Origin: Squalus acanthias
Lineage: Eukaryota
Length of the DNA: 64,000 nucleotides
Reading direction: 5' to 3'
Assembly (NCBI GenBank): GCA_030390025.1
Contig: JASTWF010000033.1
Span: 3,722,001-3,786,000, forward strand
The translations under genes were made by a program, and so were the position numbers. Below the pieces are notes generated by a model. It ran no database searches. It was given only the letters and a program-made list of their open reading frames with translations, and had not been told where the DNA came from. Below are positions 51,515-62,000 of this stretch, piece after piece (position 1 is the first letter of the stretch; each line of letters opens with the position of its first letter).

Positions 51515-52459
51515 TTAGTTTAAATCCTCCCGAACTGCTTTAGCAAATATTACCCCGAGGACATCGGTTCCAGTCCTGCCCAAGTGCAGACCGTCCCTTT
51601 TGTACAGGTCCCACTTCCCCCAGAACTGTTTCCAATGCCTCAGGAATTTGAATCCCTCCCTCCTGCACCACTGCTCAAGCCACGTATTCAATCTCACTAT
51701 CCTGTTCTCTCTATTCTGATTAGCACGTGGCCCTGGTAGCAATCCAGAGATTACTACCTTAGAGGTCCTACTTTTTAATTTAGCTCCTAGCTCCCTAAGT
51801 TCTGCTTGTAGGACCTCTTCCCGCTTTTTACCTATATCGTTGGTACCTACATGCACCACGACAGCTGGCTGTTGACCCTCCCTCTTCAGAATGTTCTGCA
51901 GCCGCTCCGAGACATCCTTGACCCTTGCACCAGGGAGGCAACATACCATCCTGGAATCTCGGTTGCGGCCACAGAAACTCCTGTCTATTCCCCTTACAAT
52001 TGAGTCCCCTATCACTATAGCCCTACCACTCTTTTTCTCGCCCTGCTGTGCAGCAGAGCCAGCCATGGTGCCATGAACCTGGCTGCTAGTGCCTTCCCCT
52101 GGTAGGCCATCTCCCCCAACAGTATCCAAAGCGGCATACCTGTTTTGGAGGGAGATGACCACAGGGGACTCCTGCACTACCTTCCTGATATTGCCCTGCT
52201 TCTTGGTCACCCATTCACTGTCTGTCCTAGCCTTTACCTGCGGTGTGGACAACTCACTAAATGAGCGATTCACCGAGTTCTCGGCATCGTGCATGCTCCA
52301 GAGTGAGTCCACCCGCAGCTCCAGCACCGCCATGCGGGCTGTCAGGAGCTGCAGCTGGACACACTTCCCGCACACGTAGTTGTCAGGGACACTGGAAGTG
52401 TCCCTGGTTTCCCACATGGCACAGGAGGAGCATGAAACGGGTCCGAGACTTCCTGTCAT
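51515..52459 (-). CDS. CR1 ORF1 protein: C4 zinc finger, leucine zipper, SGNH/GDSL esterase domain (314 aa)
   Basis: CSSC...CGKC, then LQLLTARMAVLELRVDSL, then SGNH blocks GDSIV, LPGA, VGTND and DGLHL, with catalytic Ser and Asp-x-x-His retained. Confidence 0.93.
   Translation of the reverse strand: MTGSLGPVSCSSCAMWETRDTSSVPDNYVCGKCVQLQLLTARMAVLELRVDSLWSMHDAENSVNRSFSELSTPQVKARTDSEWVTKKQGNIRKVVQESPVVISLQNRYAALDTVGGDGLPGEGTSSQVHGTMAGSAAQQGEKKSGRAIVIGDSIVRGIDRSFCGRNRDSRMVCCLPGARVKDVSERLQNILKREGQQPAVVVHVGTNDIGKKREEVLQAELRELGAKLKSRTSKVVISGLLPGPRANQNRENRIVRLNTWLEQWCRREGFKFLRHWKQFWGKWDLYKRDGLHLGRTGTDVLGVIFAKAVREDLN
51518..51524 (-). promoter_or_regulatory. Candidate -1 ribosomal frameshift slippery heptamer U UUA AAC
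   Basis: ORF1 ends GAT TTA AAC TAA. The -1 frame reads TTT AAA CTA ATA TGG... with no stop into ORF2. Confidence 0.65.
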
Positions 52460-52649
52460 GACTTAACCCTTATGTTACTTTATTACTAAAATTTAAACTT
52501 ATTTATCTTAGGTCCAGGAGTTAAGTCCCTGAAAACAAAATATAAAATCGAACCTACCTTTTAAATTCCCTCTACCCCTAAAGGTTAGAGGAGGTGGGAG
52601 GGTGGGAGTCACTACTAGTGTAGTGTCTCGGGTTTAGCAACCGCTCCAC

Positions 52650-52738
52650 CTATATACGGGTACCAATGAATTGGCCCCGCCCCCTGCCTTTGAAAAAGCC
52701 CGCGAAGCTCTTTCCCCGCTGGGGAAAAAGGCCACGTG
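52650..52738 (-). promoter_or_regulatory. Candidate internal Pol II promoter cluster (E-box, GC box, two CCAAT, TATA-like)
   Basis: In element orientation: CACGTG 52733-52738, GGGGCGGGG 52675-52683, CCAAT 52674-52670, inverted CCAAT 52663-52667, TATATAG 52656-52650. Motif match only. Confidence 0.45.
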
Positions 52739-52744
52739 GGTGAG

Positions 52745-53024
52745 TTTAATGACTCACCTCAGGCCTCTGCCGCTCCAACCAGGTCCGCCCCTTCTTCCCC
52801 GCTGCCGACCGCTCTGTGGGAGAGAGAAAGAAAGAAAGGCTCCTCCTCCCCCGCTGTCGACGCTGGTCTGAGGCCTACCTGAGCCTCGGGCCTCCCTTTA
52901 ATGACTCACCTCAGGCCTCTGCCGCTCCAACCAGGTCCGCCCCTCCTTCCCCGCTGCCGACCGCTCTGTGGGAGAGAGAAAGAAAGAAAGGCTCCTCCTC
53001 CCCCGCTGTCGACGCTGGTCTGAG
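52745..53024 (-). repeat. Two tandem 5' UTR monomers of the LINE, period 152 bp (distal copy incomplete)
   Basis: 52745-52872 and 52897-53024 match at 127 of 128 positions by eye. Each carries TGACTCA (52750-52756, 52902-52908). Confidence 0.93.
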
Positions 53025-53026
53025 CT

Positions 53027-56000
53027 GGTTTGACCGGTCCCGGGGGTTTGACCGGTCCTGGGGTTTTGACCAGTCCCGGGGGTTTGACCAGTCCCGGGGG
53101 TTTGACCTGTCCCGGGGGTGTGTCCTTTCCCGGAGATTTGTCGGGTCCTGGGGGGTTTGATCAGTCCCGGGTGTTTGACCGGTCCCGGGGTTTAGCCAGT
53201 CCCGGGGGTTTGACCAGTCCCAGGGGATGGACCGGTCCCGGGGGATTGATCAGTCCCGGAGGTTTGACGGGTACTTAGGGGTTTGACCAGTCCCGGGGTT
53301 GTGACCAGTCCCGGGGGTTTGACCTGTCCCGGGGGTTTGACCTGTCCTGGTGGTGTGACCTTTCCCGGGGTTGTGACCAGTCCCGGGTGTTTGACCTGTC
53401 CCGGGGGTTTGACCTGTCCCGGGGGTGTGACCTGTCCCGGGGGTGTGACCAATCCCGGTGGTTTGACCTGTCCTGGGGGTGTGACCGGTCCCAGGGGTTT
53501 GACCCGTCCCGGGGGTTTGACCAGTCCCGGGGGTTTGACCAGTCCCGGGGGTTTGACCTGCCCCGGGGGTGTGACCATTCCCGGGGGTTTGTCGGGACCT
53601 GGGGGGTTTGATCAGTCCCGGGTGTTTGACCGGTCCCGGGGGTTAGACCAGTCCCGGTGGTTTGACCAGTCCCAGGGGATGGACCGTTCCCGGGGGATTG
53701 ACCGGTCCCGGGGGTTTGACCGGTCCCGGGGGATTGATCAGTCCCGGAGGTTTGACGGGTCCTTGGGGGTTTGGCCTGTCCCGGGGGTTTGACCTGTCCC
53801 GGGTGTTTGATCTTTCTCGGGGGTGTGACCTGTCCCGGGGTTTGACCAGTCCCGGTGGTGTGACCTGTCCCGGGGTGTGACCTGTCCCGGGGGTTTTGAC
53901 CAGTCCCGGGGTTTTGACCAGTCCCGGGGGTTTGACCAGTCCCGGGGGTGTGACCAGTCCCGGGGGTTCGACCAATCCCTGGGGGTTTGACCAGTCCAGG
54001 GGGTTTGACCGGTCCCGGGGGTTTTACCAGTACCAGGGGATTGACCAGTCCCGGGGGTTTGACCAGTCCCGGGGGTTTGACCTGTCCCGGGGCTGTGACC
54101 TGTCCCGGGGCTGTGACCAGTCCCGGGGGTTTGACCTGTCCCGGGGGTGTGACCTGTCCCGGGGGTTTGACCTGTCCCGGGGGTTTGACCGGTCCAGGGG
54201 GTTTGACCAATCGAGGGGTTTGGTCAGTCCCGGGGGTTTGACCTGTCCCGGGGGTGTGACCTATCCCGGGGGTGTGACATGTCTCGGGGGTGTGACCAGT
54301 CCCGGGGGTTTGAACTGTCCTGCGGTTTAGACAAGTCCCGGGGTTTTGACCAGTCCAGGGGTTTGACCAGCCCCGGATGTTTGACCAGTCCTGGGGGTTT
54401 GACCTGTCCCGGGGGTTTGACCGGTCCTGGCGGTTTGACCGGTCCCGGGGGTTTGACCAGTCCGGGGGGTTTGACCAGTCCCGGGGGTTTGACCTGTCCC
54501 GGGGGTGTGACCAGTCGCGGGAGTGTGAGCTGTTCCGGGGGTTTGACCTGTCCCGGGGGTGTGACCTGTCCCGGGGGTGTGACCATTCCCCGGGGTGTGA
54601 CCTGTCCCGGGGGTTTGACCAGTCCCGGGGGTTTGACCTGTCCCGGGGGTGTGACCAGTCCCGGGAGTGTGACCTTTCCCGGGGGTTTGACCAGTCCTGG
54701 GGGTTAGAACATTCCCGGGGTATTGACCAGTCCAGGGATTTGACCGGCCCCGGTAGTTTGACCAGTCCTGGGGTGTGACCTGTCCCAGGGGTTTGACATG
54801 TCCAGGGGGTTTGACCGGTCCCTGAGGGTTGTCTGGTACCGGGGCTTTGACTGGTCCTGGGGTTGTAGCAGCACCCGGGGGTTTGACCGGTCGCGTGGTT
54901 TAGAACGGTCCCTGGGGGTTGACCGGTCCCGGGGGTTTGACTGCTCCCAGGGGGTTTGACAAGTCCCGGGGTTTTGACCAGTCCCAGGTGATTGTCCAGT
55001 CCCGAGGGTTTGACCGGTCCCGGGGGTGTGACCAGTCCCGGGTGTGTTACCATTCCCGGGGGATTGAACAGACCTGGAGGTTTGACGGGTCCTGGGGGCT
55101 ATGTCAAGTCCCGGGGCTGTGACCAGTCCCGGGGGTTTGATGGGTCCTGGGGGGTTTGACCAGTCCCGGGTGTTTGACGGGTCCCGGGGGTTTGACCGGT
55201 CCCAAGGGATGGACCCTCCCGGGGGTTTGACCGGTCCCGGGGGTTGGACCAGTCCCGGGCGTTTGACCAGTCCCGGGGGTTTGACCGGTCCCGGGGGTTT
55301 GACCGGTCCCGGGTCTGGACCGGTCCCGGGGGTTTGACCGTGCCTGGGGGTTTCACCGTTCCCGGGGGATTGACCAGTCCCAGAGGTTTGACGGGTCCTG
55401 GGGGTGTGACCAGTCCCGGGGGTTTGACCAGTCCCCAGGGATTTGACCTGTCACGGGGGTTTCACCTGTCCCGGGGGTTTGACCTGTCCTGGGGTTGTGA
55501 CCGGTCCCGGGGGTTTAACCAGTCCCAGGGGATGGACCGGTCCCGGGGGATTGATCAGTCCCGGAGGTTTGACGGGTACTTAGGGGTTTGACCAGTCCCG
55601 GGGTTGTGACCAGTCCCGGGGGTTTGACCTGTCCCGGGGGTTTGACCTGTCCTGGTGGTGTGACCTTTCCCGGGGTTGTGACCAGTCCCGGGTGTTTGAC
55701 CTGTCCCGGGGGTTTGACCTGTCCCGGGGGTGTGACCTGTCCCGGGGGTGTGACCAGTCCCGGTGGTTTGACCTGTCCTGGGGGTGTGACCGGTCCCAGG
55801 GGTTTGACCCGTCCCGGGGGTTTGACCAGTCCCGGGGGTTTGACCAGTCCTGGGGGTTTGACCTGCCCCGGGGGTGTGACCATTCCCGGGGGTTTGTCGG
55901 GACCTGGGGGGTTTGATCAGTCCCGGGTGTTTGACCGGTCCCGGGGGTTAGACCAGTCCCGGTGGTTTGACCAGTCCCAGGGGATGGACCGTTCCCGGGG

Positions 56001-59000
56001 GATTGACCGGTCCCGGGGGTTTGACCGGTCCCGGGGGATTGATCAGACCCGGAGGTTTGACGGGTCCTTGGGGGTTTGGCCTGTCCCGGGGGTTTGACCT
56101 GTCCCGGGTGTTTGATCTTTCTCGGGGGTGTGACCTGTCCCGGGGTTTGACCAGTCCCGGTGGTGTGACCTGTCCCGGGGTGTGACCTGTCCCGGGGGGT
56201 TTGACCAGTCCCGGGGTTTTGACCAGTCCCGGGGGTTTGACCAGTCCCGGGGGTGTGACCAGTCCCGGGGGTTCGACCAATCCCTGGGGGTTTGACCAGT
56301 CCAGGGGGTTTGACCGGTCCCGGGGGTTTTACCAGTCCCAGGGGATTGACCAGTCCCGGGTGTTTGACCAGTCCCGGGGGTTTGACCTGTCCCGGGGGTG
56401 TGACCTGTCCCGGGGGTTTGACCTGTCCCGGGGGTTTGACCGGTCCAGGGGGTTTGACCAATCGAGGGGTTTGGTCAGTCCCGGGGGTTTGACCTGTCCC
56501 GGGGGTGTGACCTATCCCGGGGGTGTGACATGTCTCGGGGGTGTGACCAGTCCCGGGGGTTTGAACTGTCCTGCGGTTTAGACAAGTCCCGGGGTTTTGA
56601 CCAGTCCAGGGGTTTGACCAGCCCCGGATGTTTGACCAGTCCTGGGGGTTTGACCTGTCCCGGGGGTTTGACCGGTCCTGGCGGTTTGACCGGTCCCGGG
56701 GGTTTGACCAGTCCGGGGGGTTTGACCAGTCTTGGGGTTTGACCTGTCCCGGGGGTGTGACCAGTCGCGGGAGTGTGAGCTGTTCCGGGGGTTTGACCTG
56801 TCCCGGGGGTGTGACCTGTCCCGGGGGTGTGACCATTCCCCGGGGTGTGACCTGTCCCGGGGGTTTGACCAGTCCCGGGGGTTTGGCCTGTCCCGGGGGT
56901 GTGACCAGTCCCGGGAGTGTGACCTTTCCCGGGGGTTTGACCAGTCCTGGGGGTTAGAACATTCCCGGGGTATTGACCAGTCCAGGGATTTGACCGGCCC
57001 CGGTAGTTTGACCAGTCCTGGGGTGTGACCTGTCCCAGGGGTTTGACATGTCCAGGGGGTTTGACCGGTCCCTGAGGGTTGTCTGGTACCGGGGCTTTGA
57101 CTGGTCCTGGGGTTGTAGCAGCACCCGGGGGTTTGACCGGTCGCGTGGTTTAGAACGGTCCCTGGGGGTTGACCGGTCCCGGGGGTTTGACTGCTCCCAG
57201 GGGGTTTGACAAGTCCCGGGGTTTTGACCAGTCCCAGGTGATTGTCCAGTCCCGAGGGTTTGACCGGTCCCGGGGGTGTGACCAGTCCCGGGTGTGTTAC
57301 CATTCCCGGGGGATTGACCAGACCTGGAGGTTTGACGGGTCCTGGGGGCTATGTCAAGTCCCGGGGCTGTGACCAGTCCCGGGGGTTTGATGGGTCCTGG
57401 GGGGTTTGACCAGTCCCGGGTGTTTGACGGGTCCCGGGGGTTTGACCGGTCCCAAGGGATGGACCCTCCCGGGGGTTTGACCGGTCCCGGGGGTTGGACC
57501 AGTCCCGGGCGTTTGACCAGTCCCGGGGGTTTGACCGGTCCCGGGGGTTTGACCGGTCCCGGGTCTGGACCGGTCCCGGGGGTTTGACCGTGCCTGGGGG
57601 TTTCACCGTTCCCGGGGGATTGACCAGTCCCAGAGGTTTGACGGGTCCTGGGGGTGTGACCAGTCCCGGGGGTTTGACCAGTCCCCAGGGATTTGACCTG
57701 TCACGGGGGTTTCACCTGTCCCGGGGGTTTGACCTGTCCTGGGGTTGTGACCGGTCCCGGGGGTTTAACCAGTCCCGGGGGTTTGACCTGTCCCGGGGGT
57801 TTGACCGGTCCCGGGGGTTCGACCATTCCTGGGTTTTGACCGGTCCCGGGGGTGTGACCTGTCCCGGGGGTGTGACCTGTCCCGGGGGTGTGACCGGTCC
57901 TGCGGGTTTGACAGGTCCCGGGGGTTTGACCAGTCCCGGGGGTTTGACCACTCCCAGGGGATTGACATTTCCCGGGGGTTTGACCAGTCCCGGGTGTTTG
58001 ACCAGTCCCGGGAGTTTGACCAGTCCCGGGGGTTTGACCAGTCCCGGGGGTTTTGACCGGTCCCGGGGGTTTGACCAGCCCAGGGGATTGACCAGTCCCG
58101 GGGGTTTGACCTGTCCTGGGTGTTTGACCAGTCCTAGGGAATTGCCCAGTCCCGGAGGTTTTGACTAGTCCCGGGGTTTTGACCAGTCCCGGGGGTTTGA
58201 CCGGTCCCGGGGGTTTGACCGGTTCCGTGGGTTTGACCAATCCCGGGGTTTTGACCACTCCCGGGTGTTTGACCTGTCCCGTGGGAGTGACCAGTCCCGG
58301 GGGTGTGAACAGTCCCGGGGGGGTGACCAGCCCCGTGGGTTTGACCAGTCCTGGGGGTTAGACCAGTTCCGGGGTTTTGACCAGACCAGGGGTTTGACCG
58401 GCCCCGGAAGTTTGACCAGTCCTGGGGGTGTGACCTGTCCCGGGGGTTTGACCGGTCCAGGGGGTTTGACCGGTCCCGGGGGTTTGAACGGTCCCGGGGT
58501 TTTGACCGGTCCCGGGGGATTGACCAGTCCCGGAAGTCTGACGGGTCCTGGGGGGTGTGACCAGTCCCGGGGTTTTGAACTGTCCTGGGGTTTTGACGTG
58601 TCCCGGGGCTTTGACCGGTCCCGGGGATTTGACCAGTCCCGGGGGTTTGACCAGTCCAGGGGGTTTGACCGGTCCCGGTGGTTTGACCGGTCCCGGTGGT
58701 TTGACCAGTCCCGGGGGTTTGACCAGTCCCGGGGGTGTGACCAGTCCCGGGGGTTTGACCGGTCCCGGTGGTTTGACCAGTCCCGGGGGTTTGACCAGTC
58801 CCGGGGGTTTGACCAGTCCCGGGCTTTTTACCAGTGCAGGTGTTTGATCAGTCCCGGGGGTTTGACCGGTCCCGGGGGTTTGACCAGTCCCGGGTGTTTG
58901 ACCAGTCCCGGGGGTTTGACCTGTCCCAGGGGTGTGAGCAGTCCTGGGGGGTGACCTGTCCCTCGGGTTTGACCAGTCCTGGGGGTTAGAACAGTCCCGC

Positions 59001-62000
59001 GGTTTTGACCAGTCCAGGGGTTTGACCGGCCCCGGAAGTTTGACCAGTCCTGGGGGTGTGACCTTTCCCGGGGTTGTGACCAGTCCCGGGTGTTTGACCT
59101 GTCCCGGGGGTTTGACCTGTCCCGGGGGTGTGACCTGTCCCGGGGGTGTGACCAGTCCCGGTGGTTTGACCTGTCCTGGGGGTGTGACCGGTCCCAGGGG
59201 TTTGACCCGTCCCGGGGGTTTGACCAGTCCCGGGGGTTTGACCAGTCCTGGGGGTTTGACCTGCCCCGGGGGTGTGACCATTCCCGGGGGTTTGTCGGGA
59301 CCTGGGGGGTTTGATCAGTCCCGGGTGTTTGACCGGTCCCGGGGGTTAGACCAGTCCCGGTGGTTTGACCAGTCCCAGGGGATGGACCGTTCCCGGGGGA
59401 TTGACCGGTCCCGGGGGTTTGACCGGTCCCGGGGGATTGATCAGACCCGGAGGTTTGACGGGTCCTTGGGGGTTTGGCCTGTCCCGGGGGTTTGACCTGT
59501 CCCGGGTGTTTGATCTTTCTCGGGGGTGTGACCTGTCCCGGGGTTTGACCAGTCCCGGTGGTGTGACCTGTCCCGGGGTGTGACCTGTCCCGGGGGGTTT
59601 GACCAGTCCCGGGGTTTTGACCAGTCCCGGGGGTTTGACCAGTCCCGGGGGTGTGACCAGTCCCGGGGGTTCGACCAATCCCTGGGGGTTTGACCAGTCC
59701 AGGGGGTTTGACCGGTCCCGGGGGTTTTACCAGTCCCAGGGGATTGACCAGTCCCGGGTGTTTGACCAGTCCCGGGGGTTTGACCTGTCCCGGGGCTGTG
59801 ACCTGTCCCGGGGCTGTGACCAGTCCCGGGGGTTTGACCTGTCCCGGGGGTGTGACCTGTCCCGGGGGTTTGACCTGTCCCGGGGGTTTGACCGGTCCAG
59901 GGGGTTTGACCAATCGAGGGGTTTGGTCAGTCCCGGGGGTTTGACCTGTCCCGGGGGTGTGACCTATCCCGGGGGTGTGACATGTCTCGGGGGTGTGACC
60001 AGTCCCGGGGGTTTGAACTGTCCTGCGGTTTAGACAAGTCCCGGGGTTTTGACCAGTCCAGGGGTTTGACCAGCCCCGGATGTTTGACCAGTCCTGGGGG
60101 TTTGACCTGTCCCGGGGGTTTGACCGGTCCTGGCGGTTTGACCGGTCCCGGGGGTTTGACCAGTCCGGGGGGTTTGACCAGTCCCGGGGGTTTGACCTGT
60201 CCCGGGGGTGTGACCAGTCGCGGGAGTGTGAGCTGTTCCGGGGGTTTGACCTGTCCCGGGGGTGTGACCTGTCCCGGGGGTGTGACCATTCCCCGGGGTG
60301 TGACCTGTCCCGGGGGTTTGACCAGTCCCGGGGGTTTGGCCTGTCCCGGGGGTGTGACCAGTCCCGGGAGTGTGACCTTTCCCGGGGGTTTGACCAGTCC
60401 TGGGGGTTAGAACATTCCCGGGGTATTGACCAGTCCAGGGATTTGACCGGCCCCGGTAGTTTGACCAGTCCTGGGGTGTGACCTGTCCCAGGGGTTTGAC
60501 ATGTCCAGGGGGTTTGACCGGTCCCTGAGGGTTGTCTGGTACCGGGGCTTTGACTGGTCCTGGGGTTGTAGCAGCACCCGGGGGTTTGACCGGTCGCGTG
60601 GTTTAGAACGGTCCCTGGGGGTTGACCGGTCCCGGGGGTTTGACTGCTCCCAGGGGGTTTGACAAGTCCCGGGGTTTTGACCAGTCCCAGGTGATTGTCC
60701 AGTCCCGAGGGTTTGACCGGTCCCGGGGGTGTGACCAGTCCCGGGTGTGTTACCATTCCCGGGGGATTGACCAGACCTGGAGGTTTGACGGGTCCTGGGG
60801 GCTATGTCAAGTCCCGGGGCTGTGACCAGTCCCGGGGGTTTGATGGGTCCTGGGGGGTTTGACCAGTCCCGGGTGTTTGACGGGTCCCGGGGGTTTGACC
60901 GGTCCCAAGGGATGGACCCTCCCGGGGGTTTGACCGGTCCCGGGGGTTGGACCAGTCCCGGGCGTTTGACCAGTCCCGGGGGTTTGACCGGTCCCGGGGG
61001 TTTGACCGGTCCCGGGTCTGGACCGGTCCCGGGGGTTTGACCGTGCCTGGGGGTTTCACCGTTCCCGGGGGATTGACCAGTCCCAGAGGTTTGACGGGTC
61101 CTGGGGGTGTGACCAGTCCCGGGGGTTTGACCAGTCCCCAGGGATTTGACCTGTCACGGGGGTTTCACCTGTCCCGGGGGTTTGACCTGTCCTGGGGTTG
61201 TGACCGGTCCCGGGGGTTTAACCAGTCCCGGGGGTTTGACCTGTCCCGGGGGTTTGACCGGTCCCGGGGGTTCGACCATTCCTGGGTTTTGACCGGTCCC
61301 GGGGGTGTGACCTGTCCCGGGGGTGTGACCTGTCCCGGGGGTGTGACCGGTCCTGCGGGTTTGACAGGTCCCGGGGGTTTGACCAGTCCCGGGGGTTTGA
61401 CCACTCCCAGGGGATTGACATTTCCCGGGGGTTTGACCAGTCCCGGGTGTTTGACCAGTCCCGGGAGTTTGACCAGTCCCGGGGGTTTGACCAGTCCCGG
61501 GGGTTTTGACCGGTCCCGGGGGTTTGACCAGCCCAGGGGATTGACCAGTCCCGGGGGTTTGACCTGTCCTGGGTGTTTGACCAGTCCTAGGGAATTGCCC
61601 AGTCCCGGAGGTTTTGACTAGTCCCGGGGTTTTGACCAGTCCCGGGGGTTTGACCGGTCCCGGGGGTTTGACCGGTTCCGTGGGTTTGACCAATCCCGGG
61701 GTTTTGACCACTCCCGGGTGTTTGACCTGTCCCGTGGGAGTGACCAGTCCCGGGGGTGTGAACAGTCCCGGGGGGTGACCAGCCCCGTGGGTTTGACCAG
61801 TCCTGGGGGTTAGACCAGTTCCGGGGTTTTGACCAGACCAGGGGTTTGACCGGCCCCGGAAGTTTGACCAGTCCTGGGGGTGTGACCTGTCCCGGGGGTT
61901 TGACCGGTCCAGGGGGTTTGACCGGTCCCGGGGGTTTGAACGGTCCCGGGGTTTTGACCGGTCCCGGGGGATTGACCAGTCCCGGAAGTCTGACGGGTCC

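Larger units (their letters stand above)
48434..53026 (-). mobile_element. CR1-clade non-LTR retrotransposon (LINE), about 4.6 kb, both ORFs intact
   Basis: The only non-satellite sequence. Order on the minus strand: 5' UTR, esterase-type ORF1, APE-RT ORF2, short 3' UTR ending in an 8-bp tandem repeat. No LTRs and no poly(A). Confidence 0.97.

Noticed and set aside
52560..52660. Self-cleaving ribozyme in the LINE 5' UTR
   Set aside because: I could not fit the HDV nested pseudoknot or the hammerhead CUGANGA/GAAA core. Kept only as an unexplained hairpin pending an Infernal search.
48505..53160. Short plus-strand ORFs within the LINE
   Set aside because: Antisense shadows of ORF1, ORF2 and the UTR with no recognisable motifs.
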